Below the pieces are notes generated by a model that saw only the letters and a program-made list of their open reading frames with translations, was not told where the DNA came from and did no database searches. From Octopus sinensis (Eukaryota): DNA of 64,000 nucleotides. The translations under genes and the position numbers were made by a program. Of this stretch, positions 36,429 through 49,496 are shown piece after piece. Every line of letters begins with the position of its first letter. Position 1 is the first letter of the stretch. The stretch spans positions 6,076,001 through 6,140,000 of the forward strand of contig NC_043018.1 of NCBI RefSeq assembly GCF_006345805.1. The letters run 5' to 3'.

Positions 36429-36466
36429 ATGATTCAGAAGAATTACCATTCCTACTGCTTAGTCAA
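36429..36466 (+). CDS. WDR91: WDR91 coding exon 8 (38 nt)
   Basis: Acceptor tttcag, (D)DSEELPFLLLSQ similar to PEQPFIVLGQ, donor gtaagt. Confidence 0.88.
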
Positions 36467-37078
36467 GTAAGTATGACGCTGCTTCATAATAATGTATAAA
36501 TTTATTTTATGGAGTGATAGCCATGGTTGTGGAAGCGAAACGATTATCTCAGCATATGTGCCGTGTCTGTGTGAGCTAACTTATATACCCATTTATGTGT
36601 ATGTACACACACACACACACCACATATGTGAGCATATGTGCAAAACAAGTGGGAAAAGATTAGTACCTGAATACCAAAGGTAGATTAAAATTGTATATTT
36701 AATTCAGGTTCTGTAAAACTTTATGTGTCGTTGTCAGAGCAGCCAACTGGCTCCATGCCGGTGGCATGTAACAGGGACCATTCAAGCGTGATCTTTACCA
36801 GCATCGCCTTACTGGCACCTCTGCTGGTGGCATGTGTAAAAAGATTCGAGCAAGGTCATTGCCAGTACCGCCTGATTGGCCCCGTGCTGGTGACATGTAA
36901 AATGCACCCACTACACTCTCAGAGTGGTTGGTGTTAGGAGGGGCATCCAGCTGTAGAAACTCTGCCAGATCAAGATTGGAGCCTGGTGTCGCCATCTGGT
37001 TCGCCAGCCCTCAGTCAAAATCGTCCAACCCATGCTAGCATGGAAGGCGGACGTTAAATGATGATGATGATGATGATG

Positions 37079-37112
<34 letters not shown>

Positions 37113-37369
37113 ATCTATATATGGAAATGGGCCCTCTTCAATCATGAAGACCATGGGATTGCACCTTGAAAGTTTCCCTCTCAGGCACAAGTCCAAGCAA
37201 GGTAGATTATGGAAGACCAGCAGTCACCCATGCATACCAGCCTCTCCTCTCTACGCCACTGATGTCACCCAAGGGAAAGGTAAAGGCTGATACAGCTTAG
37301 CTTGAGAGGCGGTTGGATGGAACTTACACTCGCCTCCTTATGAGAGCTCAAAATCTCTCATAGAAGCAT

Positions 37370-37665
37370 CATCCAACCAAAGTACAAATATAAGGGAAAT
37401 TACCACCTGTATCATCTCTTGTGAAAGGTAGAAGAGTCCAGTTTGCTGGACATTGTTGTAGAGCTGAAAACGAGGTAATTTCTACTCTTCTCCTCTGGAA
37501 GCCATCTACTCGCAATACCAGAGGGCGCACACTCTCCTTCCCTGATGTAATCTCCAGGGATACAGGCATCCAGCAACAGGACCTCCGTAATGCTATGATG
37601 GACCGTGAAGTCTGGCGTAACATAGTAAATTCCATTGTCTCAACCACGGTCGAATAATGATGATG
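37370..37665 (+). mobile_element. RTE/RTEX-like LINE 3' end inserted in a SINE
   Basis: RRVQFAGHCCRAENEVISTLLLWKP...MMDREVWRNIV followed by a (TGA)n tail. Confidence 0.7.
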
Positions 37666-38217
37666 ACAGCTTAGCACCAGTGATGTCAAAACTCATTTCT
37701 ACAGCTGAGTGAACTGGAGATTGGAGCCTGGTGTCGCCATCTGGTGTTGCTCAAGAACACAATTTATCCATTCATAAACACACACACACACACTTGTGTG
37801 TGTGCAGTACCCCTGGGCCTTGCTCTATCCTTTTGTTCCAGTCATTCCTACCCAGATCATCAGCTCTCTGGAATCTCTTCCTTGGTTATGTCTTGGCTAC
37901 CGATTTGATTTGTGATAATTCAAACAGAAAATTAACAGCAACACACACACACACACACACACACATACACACACACACATGGAAGCATGTATGTATGCAC
38001 ATGAGCACACAGACATTCTGCCTCTCACACGCACATTCTTTCTCTCTCACACACATACACACACTCTCTCTCTCTCACATGCACACACATTCTCTCATAT
38101 ACTCAAACACATTCTCTCTCTCTCTCACACACACACACACATGCTCACCCACTTTCACATATACCTAAACAGTCCTCTTTAGTTACTAAGTCTGCATAAT
38201 TCCATCTTTTCATTCAG

Positions 38218-38312
38218 GAAGAATACGGAGAACATCGGTCCGGCATCTGTTATTGTCGGTTTAGCAATTCTGGTCAGTATGTGGCCAGTCTGGATGCCGA
38301 TGGAGTGGTCAA
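38218..38312 (+). CDS. WDR91: WDR91 coding exon 9 (WD40 start)
   Basis: [31 protein letters not shown](K), similar to [32 protein letters not shown]; ag/gtaagt borders. Confidence 0.95.
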
Positions 38313-38552
38313 GTAAGTAAATTGTCTGTCTGTCTATCAGTTTCTCTTTCTCTTTCTCTGTGCATATGGTCAGGGTGTGATTTTGGAGACTGACCACTGG
38401 ATAAAGAACAGTCTGTCTCTTAGTGTGTGTGTCTGTCTGTATATGTTTGTGTGTGGTGTCTGTATGTTTGTGTGTATGTGTGGTGTCAGTGTGTGTGTGG
38501 TGTGATGTTTTTGATATTGTGTTGATACTCTTCTGATATTGTTCTCTGCTAG

Positions 38553-38649
38553 AGTCTGGACATGGAGCCCTCAGCCAGCTACAAAGGCCACATGTATGGC
38601 AAAATCTCCGTTCCTCTCTTTAGAATGGTCACAGAAATCAGACAGACTT
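38553..38649 (+). CDS. WDR91: WDR91 coding exon 10
   Basis: VWTWSPQPATKATCMAKSPFLSLEWSQKSDRL, similar to [32 protein letters not shown]; ctag/gtaagt borders. Confidence 0.95.
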
Positions 38650-39349
38650 GTAAGTAAAACATTTAGTTTGAATTTTTTTTTATATTATTTAAAAAAATTT
38701 ATTTATCAAATGCTGTGTGTGTTAAACAAAAGCATGGCTCTGTAGGTCAAGGGTTTTCTTTACCATCCTACAGTTTCAAGTTCAACTTCGTTGTGCACCA
38801 TCTTGGATGTGTGTTCTCCTACTATTGCATCCAGCTCACCAAGGCCTTGTCAGTGAATTTGGTTGATGGAAACTGTGAGGAAGCATGTCATGTTAGTATG
38901 TGTTATTCTCAAAACACTAGTGTAATATCCCATGCAATACATATGTATACATACATTTCTATGTGGTCTCATGATCATGTGACTGACCAGACCATCAGAT
39001 GTTGCTACACATCACTGGTCACAATGCGTTCACATTGTTTTAGCCTTCGAATGACGCCACCCCGCTGGTTAAGCGAGCGGGCTAACAGAAGAAAGAGTGA
39101 GAGAAAGAGTGGTGAAAGAATACAGCAGGGATCACCATCCCCTGCCGGAGCCTCATGGAGATTTTAGGTGTTTTCGCTCAATAAACACTCACAATGCCCG
39201 GTCTGGGAATCGAAACTGCAATCCTACGACCGCGAGTCCACTGCCCTAACAACTGGGCCATTGCGCCTCCACACATTTGTATGTATACGTTAGTATGTAT
39301 ACATTAGTATATATCATCACAGTAATAATATAACCCTCTTTTCTTTCAG

Positions 39350-39444
39350 TTACTTCTGGGTAATCGATCTGGAAATATCCGATTGTTTGATGTGAAGGAC
39401 AAGAGATCAGTTGTAGAAGCCTGCACAGATCAAAGTTACCCCAG
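39350..39444 (+). CDS. WDR91: WDR91 coding exon 11
   Basis: LLLGNRSGNIRLFDVKDKRSVVEACTDQSYP(R); tttcag/gtaagg borders. Confidence 0.93.
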
Positions 39445-40953
39445 GTAAGGACATGACTGATTTCATCCTTCAGAAGAATACTGCTCCTTTCATGGACTCT
39501 CATACACTCCTGTGGACTCTCCTTTCGTAGATGGCAGATGAAGGTCTCACAGTTTCTTACTGAACAACCCACTGTATATTAGCTCACTCCCTCCATCAAA
39601 TTAACATTACCTGCACAGGTGCAGGGTATGTCACTTGTTAGATGATGAAGTGATTGCTGTGCATTGGGAAATGAAGTGTTTTGCTCAAGAACACAATTCA
39701 CTGTCTGATCTGGGTATCGAAACTGCCATCTCATGATCATGAATACAACACCCTAACCACTAGGCTTCATGCTCTCACATAGACCTTTTAGGACTGGACA
39801 AAGCTGACCCTGAAATACATGGAAGGATTATACTTGATTAGGGGTGGGAGAATGGATAGGGGTGTAAAGTAAAAAAAAAAAATGTAAAGTTACCTTCTCG
39901 AGTCATACTGACTCACAAGGGCTGATTTCATGGCATATCTATTCCCCACCTGGATGGGATGCTAGTCTATTGCAGGATTGCTCACTTTTGCTAGCTGGGT
40001 GGACTGGAGCAACATGAAAAGAAGTGTTCTGCTCAAGAACACAACGTATTGCCTGCTCCAGGAATTGAAACTACAATCTTACAATTATGAGTCCAACACC
40101 CTATCCACTAAGCCATACGCCTCCACGAGGTAATATGCAGTGGAATAGAACCCTGCACCTCACGGATGTGAACCAAACTTCATATCCATTTGACCACGCT
40201 GCTTCCACTTACATATGGATGGGGGTGAGGGTGAGTGAGACTGAAATGGTAAGTGTGTGTGTGTGTGAGAGAGAGAGACAGACAGACAGACAAGGGTATG
40301 TAGATAGATATGAGTGACAGAGATTGAGGGTGGACGAGGGCTTCGGTTACTGACAGCAGCTTCATGGAAGACTGGCTTGAATATGTATCTTACCAATAAA
40401 CATACCACCACCGTCACTACCCCTGCTAACATCAGTGCCATTCTCATCCCCACTCCTTCTTCCACTACCACTATCATCATCATCATCATCATCATCAAGA
40501 TGATCCCATCAAACAAGTAGTTAAGTATATATGTATTTGAATTCCAATATTTTGAATCTGGGTTTGTTCCCATTAACGGGGTGGCCAGATCTACCTCACT
40601 CTTACAGCAACTGCTCTCACACCATTTCGCCATCACACCCCTACTCAAACCAGCTCTCCAAATTTCCTCCTCCACCTGTCCCCTCCATGTTTTCTCTGGT
40701 CGACCTCTCTTTCGCGGTTCATTCACTTTAAACTCAAGCACTCACCTCATCAGAACATGATCATTTAGGTGTTCAGAGGACTGGTATTGGAGCTTGTGTT
40801 TGTTCAAGGAGATGATTGTGGATCCTAAATTAGGTGTGGTGGAATTGGAGATTTCCACTGAGGATTTGTTAAAGATGAGATAGTATTTATGCTGTGGTGG
40901 AAAATTAGATTTTAAGATTCTAAAGAAGAGTTTAGGTAGAAATTTAACATATA

Positions 40954-41336
40954 CTAGCACTATGACCCAGCAACGCCAGGTCATAGTGGTAGTGCATGCA
41001 TATACAGCTGCGTGCGTGCGCACATACACGCGAGTACTGTCCAAATCTCCGACCAATCACATACAGCTAGCTGGCATTCAATTGGCGTATCAAGTTTCGG
41101 GCATTTTGATTGGGTTTTGGATAGAAAATTCACAAAAAAGTCACTTCTATTGATTTTTTTAATGGCTTTGCAGGGTGACTGGGGAAATGTAAAGATGTGC
41201 ACGACCACCCTTGGACGGTTTTGAATGACCATAGAAAGTGCGTGCCCTTTAACTGAAAAATTGTGGATTTGTATAAAGGATATACACACACACACACACA
41301 CACAGACAGACATTTTGCCGTTTATATATATAGAGA
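40954..41336 (-). mobile_element. Second copy of the same Helitron-like element
   Basis: Reverse complement of 8334-8687 with A|TC ... CTAG|T junctions. Confidence 0.78.
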
Positions 41337-41515
41337 TGTATATATAGATTTATAAATTTAGGTCACAGTGTATGGATTCAACTAATCTGGTGGTACTCAA
41401 AAAAACTCCTTAATGTATCATTTTTTGAAACATTTAGAATATATAATATGATATAAGAGAAAACAATTGATTCTCAACTTAATAAAACATGTTTTATGAA
41501 ACTCAGAAACAATTG

Positions 41516-42399
41516 TTATTACCTCCGCCAAGGAAGGAGATTATGTTTTCATCAGCGTTGGTTTGTCCATCTGTCCCTCTGTCTGTCCGTCTTTGTGCAA
41601 AATAACTCAAAAAGTTGTGAACGGTATTTGATGAAACTTGCAGGAAAAGTTGGTAATGACACCAGGAAGGTGGTGATCCGGGAATTTTTATAGACTCTTG
41701 AAGGATTTTTCATTTGTTATATTTACTTAACATGAAGTATTAATGTTACGTTCTTTGATTATCTCCCTTGAAAACACGTTCATCGTTTCCACATAACCTA
41801 TGGTGGCGTTGCTGTTTCCAAAGTTTATTTTCATTTCTCTATTTGTAATTTTATTCGCATATCTATCTTAAAATGAACTGCTTGATGGAGGTCTGTGGAA
41901 GATGACATGACAAGACTTGACTATTGGGATCGACTCAAAAAGCTCAGACTTTGCTCCCTCCACTGCTGCTGTGAGCTCTATATTATCTGTATGATGTGGG
42001 GAATATTCCATCAACATTGCCCATCTTTAAAATTCGTCCGAGGCAAGGCCCCCATGCCATCCATCCACTACAGAAACGTTCGTGTCGTATCACAACACTA
42101 TGACAGAACTAATTCACCTTGATTGGCCCAGCTCTCTTCAACATCGTGCCAGAGACACATAAAGGAGGAAAGTCACTTCACGGCATTCAAACGATCCCTA
42201 GATGATTACCCACAACAAATACCAGATTTACCACCCACACCCAGATATGTCTCTGAAAACAATAACCCTCTGCTTGAATGGGCTACAGTTATGTTTTACC
42301 AGTGTTGGTTTGGGAAATTGGGCAATTTTCAGCATGCGTGTATATGGGTGAAAATGAGCTGCTTGGCGGAGGCCTGTTGGTCTCCGAGTGCTTTTCTAG
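41516..42399 (+). mobile_element. Helentron-like (HINE-type) element containing a CR1/L2-like LINE 3' fragment
   Basis: 5' TTATTACCTCCGCCAAG with the inverted CTTGGCGGAGG near a 3' TTTTCTAG|TT end. The internal 41880-42310 segment reads YWDRLKKLRLCSL, a CR1-like C-terminus. Confidence 0.55.
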
Positions 42400-42487
42400 T
42401 TAAATAGAATTTCCAATGGTTAAATAGATTTTATAATACTATATTTCTCTCGTTATTTATAACTTTATATATATATATATATGTATG

Positions 42488-42553
<66 letters not shown>

Positions 42554-42970
42554 TAATGTAGGATAAAATTTTTCGAAAAAAATTCTGTCAATGGCCAGCA
42601 TATTAAAAAATACCTTTAAAGGTTAAATTTATAAACAATTTATAAGTAAGGGCAAAAGAAAAAATTTCTAAAGCCAAAATATGCCGAAAATAGACAACGT
42701 CAATAACCATGTAATTCATCACTAACGAGCATACGTTTCGAAGAAAGCCGATAGAAATTTCTAAAAAATCCCATTATTACCATATCGGACCCGATTTCAG
42801 AGTTAGTTCATAAGAACCTTCCCTTCACCAGTGATAAATGCGGCAAAGGAATAAGTGAAATACTTACCTATACCCACGGAAGAAGCGAGCACTAAGTCGT
42901 GAGCACAACTAAGTACCCCAAATATATTCAAAATAGAAACTCTCCAGCCCCATTTCTTTTGCCCTTACTT

Positions 42971-43029
<59 letters not shown>

Positions 43030-43039
43030 AATATTTCAG

Positions 43040-43208
43040 AATCTGCTGTCTGTGTAGCAGTCCATCGACCAATCAGTTTGTGTGTTCAGCAACCACGAGT
43101 AAGATGAAGAGTGGTAGCGTTACCAGCGGCAATGGTGGCCAGTCTACAGCAGCAGCCAGTCGTATTGGTCGACTGTCCATCTGGAATTTGAAAACCATGA
43201 AAATGGAG
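43040..43208 (+). CDS. WDR91: WDR91 coding exon 12
   Basis: ICCLCSSPSTNQFVCSAT...RIGRLSIWNLKTMKME, similar to ILSLACSPNGASFVCSA...GRLLLWDTKTMKQQ; tttcag/gtaaga borders. Confidence 0.93.
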
Positions 43209-44049
43209 GTAAGACTTCCCTTCACACACACACACACACGCACACGTACACATGTAAACATAGTCGCTTCTAATTTGTTGTGCATTATTACTGTTCTTTA
43301 ACCCCAGGTCAACCCTGAGTGGGATTGAACCTGAAACAACGTGGTTGGAAAGCAAACTACTCAACTGTACAGCCACACTTGGACCTCTCTCTCTCTCTAA
43401 ATACACACACACATATTAGCATCATCATCATCATTCAATGGTTGTTTTCCATGCTAGCATGGCTTTGATGGTTTGACAGGAGCACAATCATGACATGCGT
43501 GTTTATACTGGGCTTCTGCACAGTTTCCATCTACAAAATTCACCCACAAAGCATTGGCTGGTTTGGAGCTGTAATAGAAAGCACTTGCCCAAGGTGCTAT
43601 GCTGAGGGACTGGACATGAAACTGTGGGGTAGGGGTTACATCGACTCCACTGTTCAACTGGTACTTAATTTATTGAACTCCCAAAAGGATGAAGGGCAAA
43701 GACAACCTTGGCAAAATTTGAACTCAGACCATGAAGTCTGACAAAATACTGCTAAGCATTTCACCCAACACTGTAACGATTCTGTCAGCTTGCCACCTTC
43801 TTCACCTGAACAACAACAACAACAACAATAGTAGTAGTAGTAGTAATAATAATAATCTTTTCTAATATAGGCACAAGGCCTAGATTTTTGTGGGGAGGAG
43901 CACAATTGATCACGTCAACCCCAGTACTTAACTGGTATTTAATTTATCAACCCCGAAAGGACGAAAGGCAAAGTCAACCTTGGCAGAATTTGAACCCAGA
44001 ACATAGCAGCAGATGAAAGCATTTCGCCCAATGTGCTAACGATTCTGCC

Positions 44050-44081
<32 letters not shown>

Positions 44082-44492
44082 CCTTTCTGCTATAGACTCA
44101 TGGCCTTGATTTTGTGGGGAGGAGAACAGTCGTTTACATCGACCCCAGTACTTGACAGGTACTCAATTTACCGACCTCAAAAGGATGAAAGGCAAAGTTG
44201 ACTTCAGTGGAATTTGAACTCGGACGGTAACGACAGACGAAATACCTATTTCTTTACTACCCACAAGGGGCTAAACACAGAGAAGACAAACAAGGACAGA
44301 CAAAGGCATTAAGTTGATTATATCAACTCCAGTGCGTAACTGGTACTTATTTTAATCGACCCTGAAAGGATGAAAGGCAAAGTCAGCCTCGGCGGAATTT
44401 AAACTCGGAGCATAACCGCAGATGAAATACCACAAAGCATTTTGCCCAGCATGTTAACGTTTCTGCCAGCTCGCCACCTTAATAATAATAAT

Positions 44493-44558
<66 letters not shown>

Positions 44559-44678
44559 TAATAATGATGATGATGATAGATTTGCTCTGTCTATGCTGAT
44601 CTAGAGCTAATCAACAACAACTGTCATAATAATCCACATTTCGTTTAAAATCCCTGCTTCAATGTTGTTGTTTTACAG

Positions 44679-44790
44679 AAAACATTGCCAATTGACGGAG
44701 GAGGGTTTGTTGCTGTGAACTGCTGTGCTTTCAACCACAATGGTCAACTGTTGATTGTAGGGGCAGTTGATGGGGCAGTGAGAATGTTTG
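44679..44790 (+). CDS. WDR91: WDR91 coding exon 13
   Basis: KTLPIDGGGFVAVNCCAFNHNGQLLIVGAVDGAVRMF, similar to [26 protein letters not shown]; ttacag/gtaagt borders. Confidence 0.95.
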
Positions 44791-44805
44791 GTAAGTTGCC
44801 TTTCT

Positions 44806-45380
44806 GTCTCTCTTCCCCCCCCTCCCTCTCTGTCACAGTCTCTTTCTTTCCCTCCTTCCTTCTCTGTCTTGGTCTCTCTCTGTGTTTCTCTTTCCCCCCT
44901 CTCACCTCTCTCTGTTTCTCTATCCCTCTCACCTCTCCTCCCCTCTCACCTCTCTGTTTCTCTATCCCCCTCACCTCTCCTCCTCTCACCTCACCTCCTC
45001 TCACCTCTCACCTCTCCTCCCCTCTCACCTCTCCTCCCCTCTCACCTCTCCTCCCCTCTCACCTCTCCTCCCCTCTCACCTCTCTCTGTTTCTCTATCCC
45101 TCTCGCCTCTCCTCCTCCCCTATCACCTCTCTGTTTCTCTATCCCTCTCACCTCTCTCTGTTTCTCTATCCCTCTCACCTCTCTCTGTTTCTCTATCCCT
45201 CTCACCTCTCCTCCTCCTCCCCTCTCCCCTCTCTGTGTTTCTCTTTCCTCCTCTCACCTCTCCTCTCCCTTCTCTCTCTCCCTCTCTCCAGTAGATGATC
45301 CAGTTTGGTAAATCCTCTTCCTCCCCTACTTTCTCCTTTCTCTTCTCTCTCTCTCTCTCCTCCTCTCCCCTCCTCCACCC
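44806..45380. repeat. Near-pure polypyrimidine satellite (CTCTCACCTCTCCTCCC and CTCTGTTTCTCTATCC units)
   Basis: About 570 bp of almost only C and T directly after the exon 13 donor. Confidence 0.9.
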
Positions 45381-46688
45381 TTCATAAGCAACAAAATCTT
45401 TACAATCCATTAATTTCCTTCAATTAACCCTGTGTGTGTATGTGCATGTCTCTATGATGTGTATATGCATGCTTACCTTTGTATATCAGTGTGCAGATGT
45501 GCATATTTCCATGTGTATATATATGGGGGTGCATTTGTGCATATGCGTATGCATGTGTATATGTGTTTATATATTTTTCTGTGTGGTTGTGTTTATATAT
45601 ATATATACCTGTATGTGTATATGTTGTTATATGTGTATATATGCACATGTGTGTACATTTGTGTATGTCTCTATATGTTTGCACATGCCCTCATAGTATG
45701 TGTGTATGTGTGCTGATGTGTCTTTCCATAATGCAAGTGTATGTACATGTACACGTTTCTATATTGTATATATATATATGAGCAAAAGCCCTCCCCCCCC
45801 CCGTCCAATGGACGGTGCTGAGTTGTCAAATATTTAAACCAAATTTTCTCAAAACAACTTGTCTGACCGTCCCATAGGCCTCTCCTTTGAGAAACACTGA
45901 TTTAACGTAAATTTGAGACACCAGCAAAAGAAGAAATAAAGATAGACTTTGTTTCTATTCCAAAGAAAAACAGCTTTATCAATCACATTCTCACCTGGAA
46001 TCGATTTTTGTAATTTTTTCAGGACTTATACATGCCCTGATACCGTCAGTATCTACATATCAAATTTGAGCGCAATCAGATGGAGGATGCCCGAGATCCT
46101 AGAAGACACACACACAGACAGACAGAACGGATTTTATATAATATATATATACACAAAAAATTAGAAAAGACCACCTTTTTTCAATTCAAAATGACCAATT
46201 AAATTACACCATCCAGAAAATTACATATAATAGAAATATTAAAATAAAAATAACAATAAAATACCAATGATTAAGTAAATTGCAAAAAAAAATAATAAAA
46301 AAATATATACGTTTTTATTATTATTTTGCAATTTACTTAGTCATTGGTATATTATTGTTATTTTAATTTTAATATTTCTATTATATGTAATTTTCTAGAT
46401 GGTGTAATTTAATTGTTCATTTTGAATTGATAAATGGGGTTTTTTTTTCTAATTTTTTTATATATACTCTTACTCTTTTACTCTTTTACTTGTTTCAGTC
46501 ATTTGACTGTGGCCATGCTGGAGCACCGCCTTTAGTCGAGCAAATCGACCCCAGGACTTATTCTTTGTAAGCCTAGTACTTATTATATCGGTCTCTTCTT
46601 GCTGAACCGCTAAGTGACAGGGATGTAAACACACCAGCATCGGTTGTCAAGCGATGGTGGGGGGACAAACACAGACACACAAACATAT

Positions 46689-46719
<31 letters not shown>

Positions 46720-47082
46720 CATATATACGACGGGCTTCTTTCAGTTTCTGTCTACCAAATCCACTCACAAGGCTTTGGTCAGCCCGAGGCTATAGCAGAA
46801 GATACTTGCCCAAGGTGCCATGCAGTGGGACTGAACCCGGAAACATGTGGTTCGTAAGCAAGCTACTTACCACACAGCCACTCCTATATTGTGTGAAATT
46901 TGATTTAGTATTTCTAAATTGAATTTTTCCCTGTAAGTTAGGATTAATATTCCCTCAAATAATTATTATTGATATATATATATATATATGTTTGTATGTG
47001 CCTGTCTTATATGAAACCAGCTCTATAGCCATCATCATCATCATCAAAAGTCAAAGGTCACATGTCACTGTCCTATTTACAG

Positions 47083-47195
47083 ATATGCAACAACAGAAGA
47101 CCATAGCCAAATGGGCAGCACACGAAGGCGAAGTTCTTTCATTGCAGTTCAGTTCTGATGAAACGTCCTGCTTCACCATGGGTATCGACAATAAG
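47083..47195 (+). CDS. WDR91: WDR91 coding exon 14
   Basis: (D)MQQQKTIAKWAAHEGEVLSLQFSSDETSCFTMGIDNK, similar to [38 protein letters not shown]; ttacag/gtgaga borders. Confidence 0.95.
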
Positions 47196-48514
47196 GTGAG
47201 AACCACTCTAACTTTATTCACCCTGATTTCCTTTTCCCAAACACCTCGCACTTCTTCTCTTCTTCTTCTTCTTCTTCTTCTTCTTCTTCTTCTTCTTCTC
47301 TTCTTCTTCTTCTTCTTCGTCTTCGTCTTCTTCTTCTTCCTTCTCTTTTTCTTTACGCCATCATCATCATTTAACGTCTGCTCTCCATGTTGGCATGGGT
47401 TGGATAGTTTGACAAGAGCTTCCCAGGCTCCATGTCTGTTTCGACATGGTTTCTGTGGCTGGATGGCCTTTCTAATGCCAACCACTTTACAGAGTCCTGG
47501 GTGCATGTATGCAGCACAGCTCAGTAGCAAGGTATGGATGCTTTCTATGTGGCATCAGAACCTACGAGCCTGAAAGATTAGAAAGGCTCAGTTTGGAGAG
47601 GGTTGCAAGGACATCCACAAACTGCCAGGGGTCTCAGTCCTCTGTCATCCCCTCTGTGAGGGCCCAATGTCTAAAGATCCTTTCTCACCACTTTGTCCCC
47701 TGTTTTCCTGGGTTTACTCCTTCCACATGTTCCCTCTACAATTAAAGATCTGCACCTCTTGATATAACTGTTTTCATTCAAACACATCACATGACCATAC
47801 CAGTGCAGTCTTCACTCTTCCACCGTGCCGGTGGCACGTAAAGAGCACCATCTGATCGTGGCCGTTGCCAGCCTCGCCTGGCCTCTGTGCCAGTGGCACG
47901 TAAAAAGCACCATCTGATCGTGGCCATTTGTCAGCCTCGTCTGGCACCTGTGCCGGTGGCACGTAAAAAGCACCCACTACACTCATGGAGTGGTTGACGT
48001 TAGGAAGGGCATCCAGCCATAGAAACATTGCCAGATTGGACTGGGCCTGGTGCAGCCTTCTGTCTTCCCAGATCCCAGTTGAAGCGTCCAGCCCATGCCA
48101 GCATGGAAAGCAGATGCTAAACAATGATGATGATGATGATGACTACATTCGATGCGTTGTATACCTAGTTTTTCTCTCAAATCATTTATACTGTCGTATA
48201 CGTACACCTAATATTAACCATCCAGCAGAATGTACTGGCTTCATTTGTCAAGCCTTCACATATCTTCAGTAGTCACAGCCCATGTTTCATTGCCATGTAG
48301 CATAGCTGTTCATACACAGGCATCATACAATCTGCCTTTCATTGAGGGAGCAGCCCTTCATTACTATCAGAGATAGTAGCTCACTGAACTTCATCCGTGT
48401 CTGTGTGTATAGACAGCTGATTGATTAATCTGGCACTATGGTAAAAGACTTTTGATCCATAGAGTATATTGGCCAGGATACTGGGGTAGGTGGCCAGGTC
48501 TTTCCCCAAAGACT

Positions 48515-48845
48515 TTTGTGGATTCCATGGACAGCAAGGCTCACCAATGGAGAAGTTCTTAAGCAGATAAGGCCAAAAATGTCGCTAGAAGCTAGGATCA
48601 CCAAGCATAGATTGGCATATTTCGATCATACTATGCGGAGAAAATCCCTGGAGAAGGACATCATGCTCGGAATGGTCAGTGGCAAGAGAGGAAGAGGCCG
48701 ACCAAGAACCCACTGGCTTGACACCATCAGGAGTGATACCGGAATGGACATAGCCAATCTGAAAGAAGCGGCCCAGGATAGAACTGACTGGAGGACACTG
48801 ATCCAACGAGTGACCGAGAGTCGAGTTCAACTGAGCGGATAGAGA
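48515..48845 (+). mobile_element. RTE-clade LINE 3' fragment (same family as 6874-7255)
   Basis: IPWTARLTNGEVLKQIRPKMSLEARITKHRLAYFDH...RVTESRVQLSG. Confidence 0.88.
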
Positions 48846-49304
48846 GAGATGGTAAAAGACACAGAGACTTTATCCAGGGGACGGACAGTGAGAAAAGGGC
48901 AAGAGAACTGAACCCAGAATGAATGTGAATTATGACTGGGTTGCAGCTGTAAATGAAGGAAGGCAAACTCATTAATCAGACAGGTTACAAGGTGGCGAGC
49001 TGGCAGAATCGTTAGCTCGCCGGGTGAAATGCGTAGCCGTATTTCATCTGCCGTTACGTTCTGAGTTCAAATTCCACTGAGGTCGACTTTGCCTTTCATC
49101 CTTTCGGGGTCGATAAATTAAGTACCAGTTACACACTGGGGTCGATATAATCGACTTAATCCGTTTGTCTGTCCTTGTTTGTCCTCTCTGTGTTTAGCCC
49201 CTTCTGGGTAGTAAAGAAATAGGTTACACTCTACCACCATGTCCTCCATGTGCACCATGTGTTTGGTATCTGATTCCGTAAAGCAATTCCATTCTTTCTT
49301 GTAG

Positions 49305-49496
49305 TTCTACCAATGGAGCATCCTTCAACCTGGCAAGAAGCTGACCGAGTTTGTCATCTTCCACACGGCTACATCACCAATCATCATCAACAAACCATTT
49401 TCTGGCCGGGAAACTCTGTACGGCAGATCCTTTGCCTTCGACAGTGAAGGTCACTACATGTTGACCTGTCATAAAAATGAAGGTATTATATATGAG
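49305..49496 (+). CDS. WDR91: WDR91 coding exon 15
   Basis: FYQWSILQPGKKLTEF...GRSFAFDSEGHYMLTCHKNEGIIYE, similar to FIQWNIHKSG...GRLFAFDSEGNYMLTC; ttgtag/gtgagt borders. Not in the ORF track. Confidence 0.95.

Noticed and set aside
44791-45311. Leu/Ser/Pro-rich ORF extensions after exon 13
   Set aside because: This is an intronic pyrimidine satellite beyond the donor.
47154-47168. CTGATGAAACGTC in exon 14
   Set aside because: It is coding sequence (SDETS) with no stem II.
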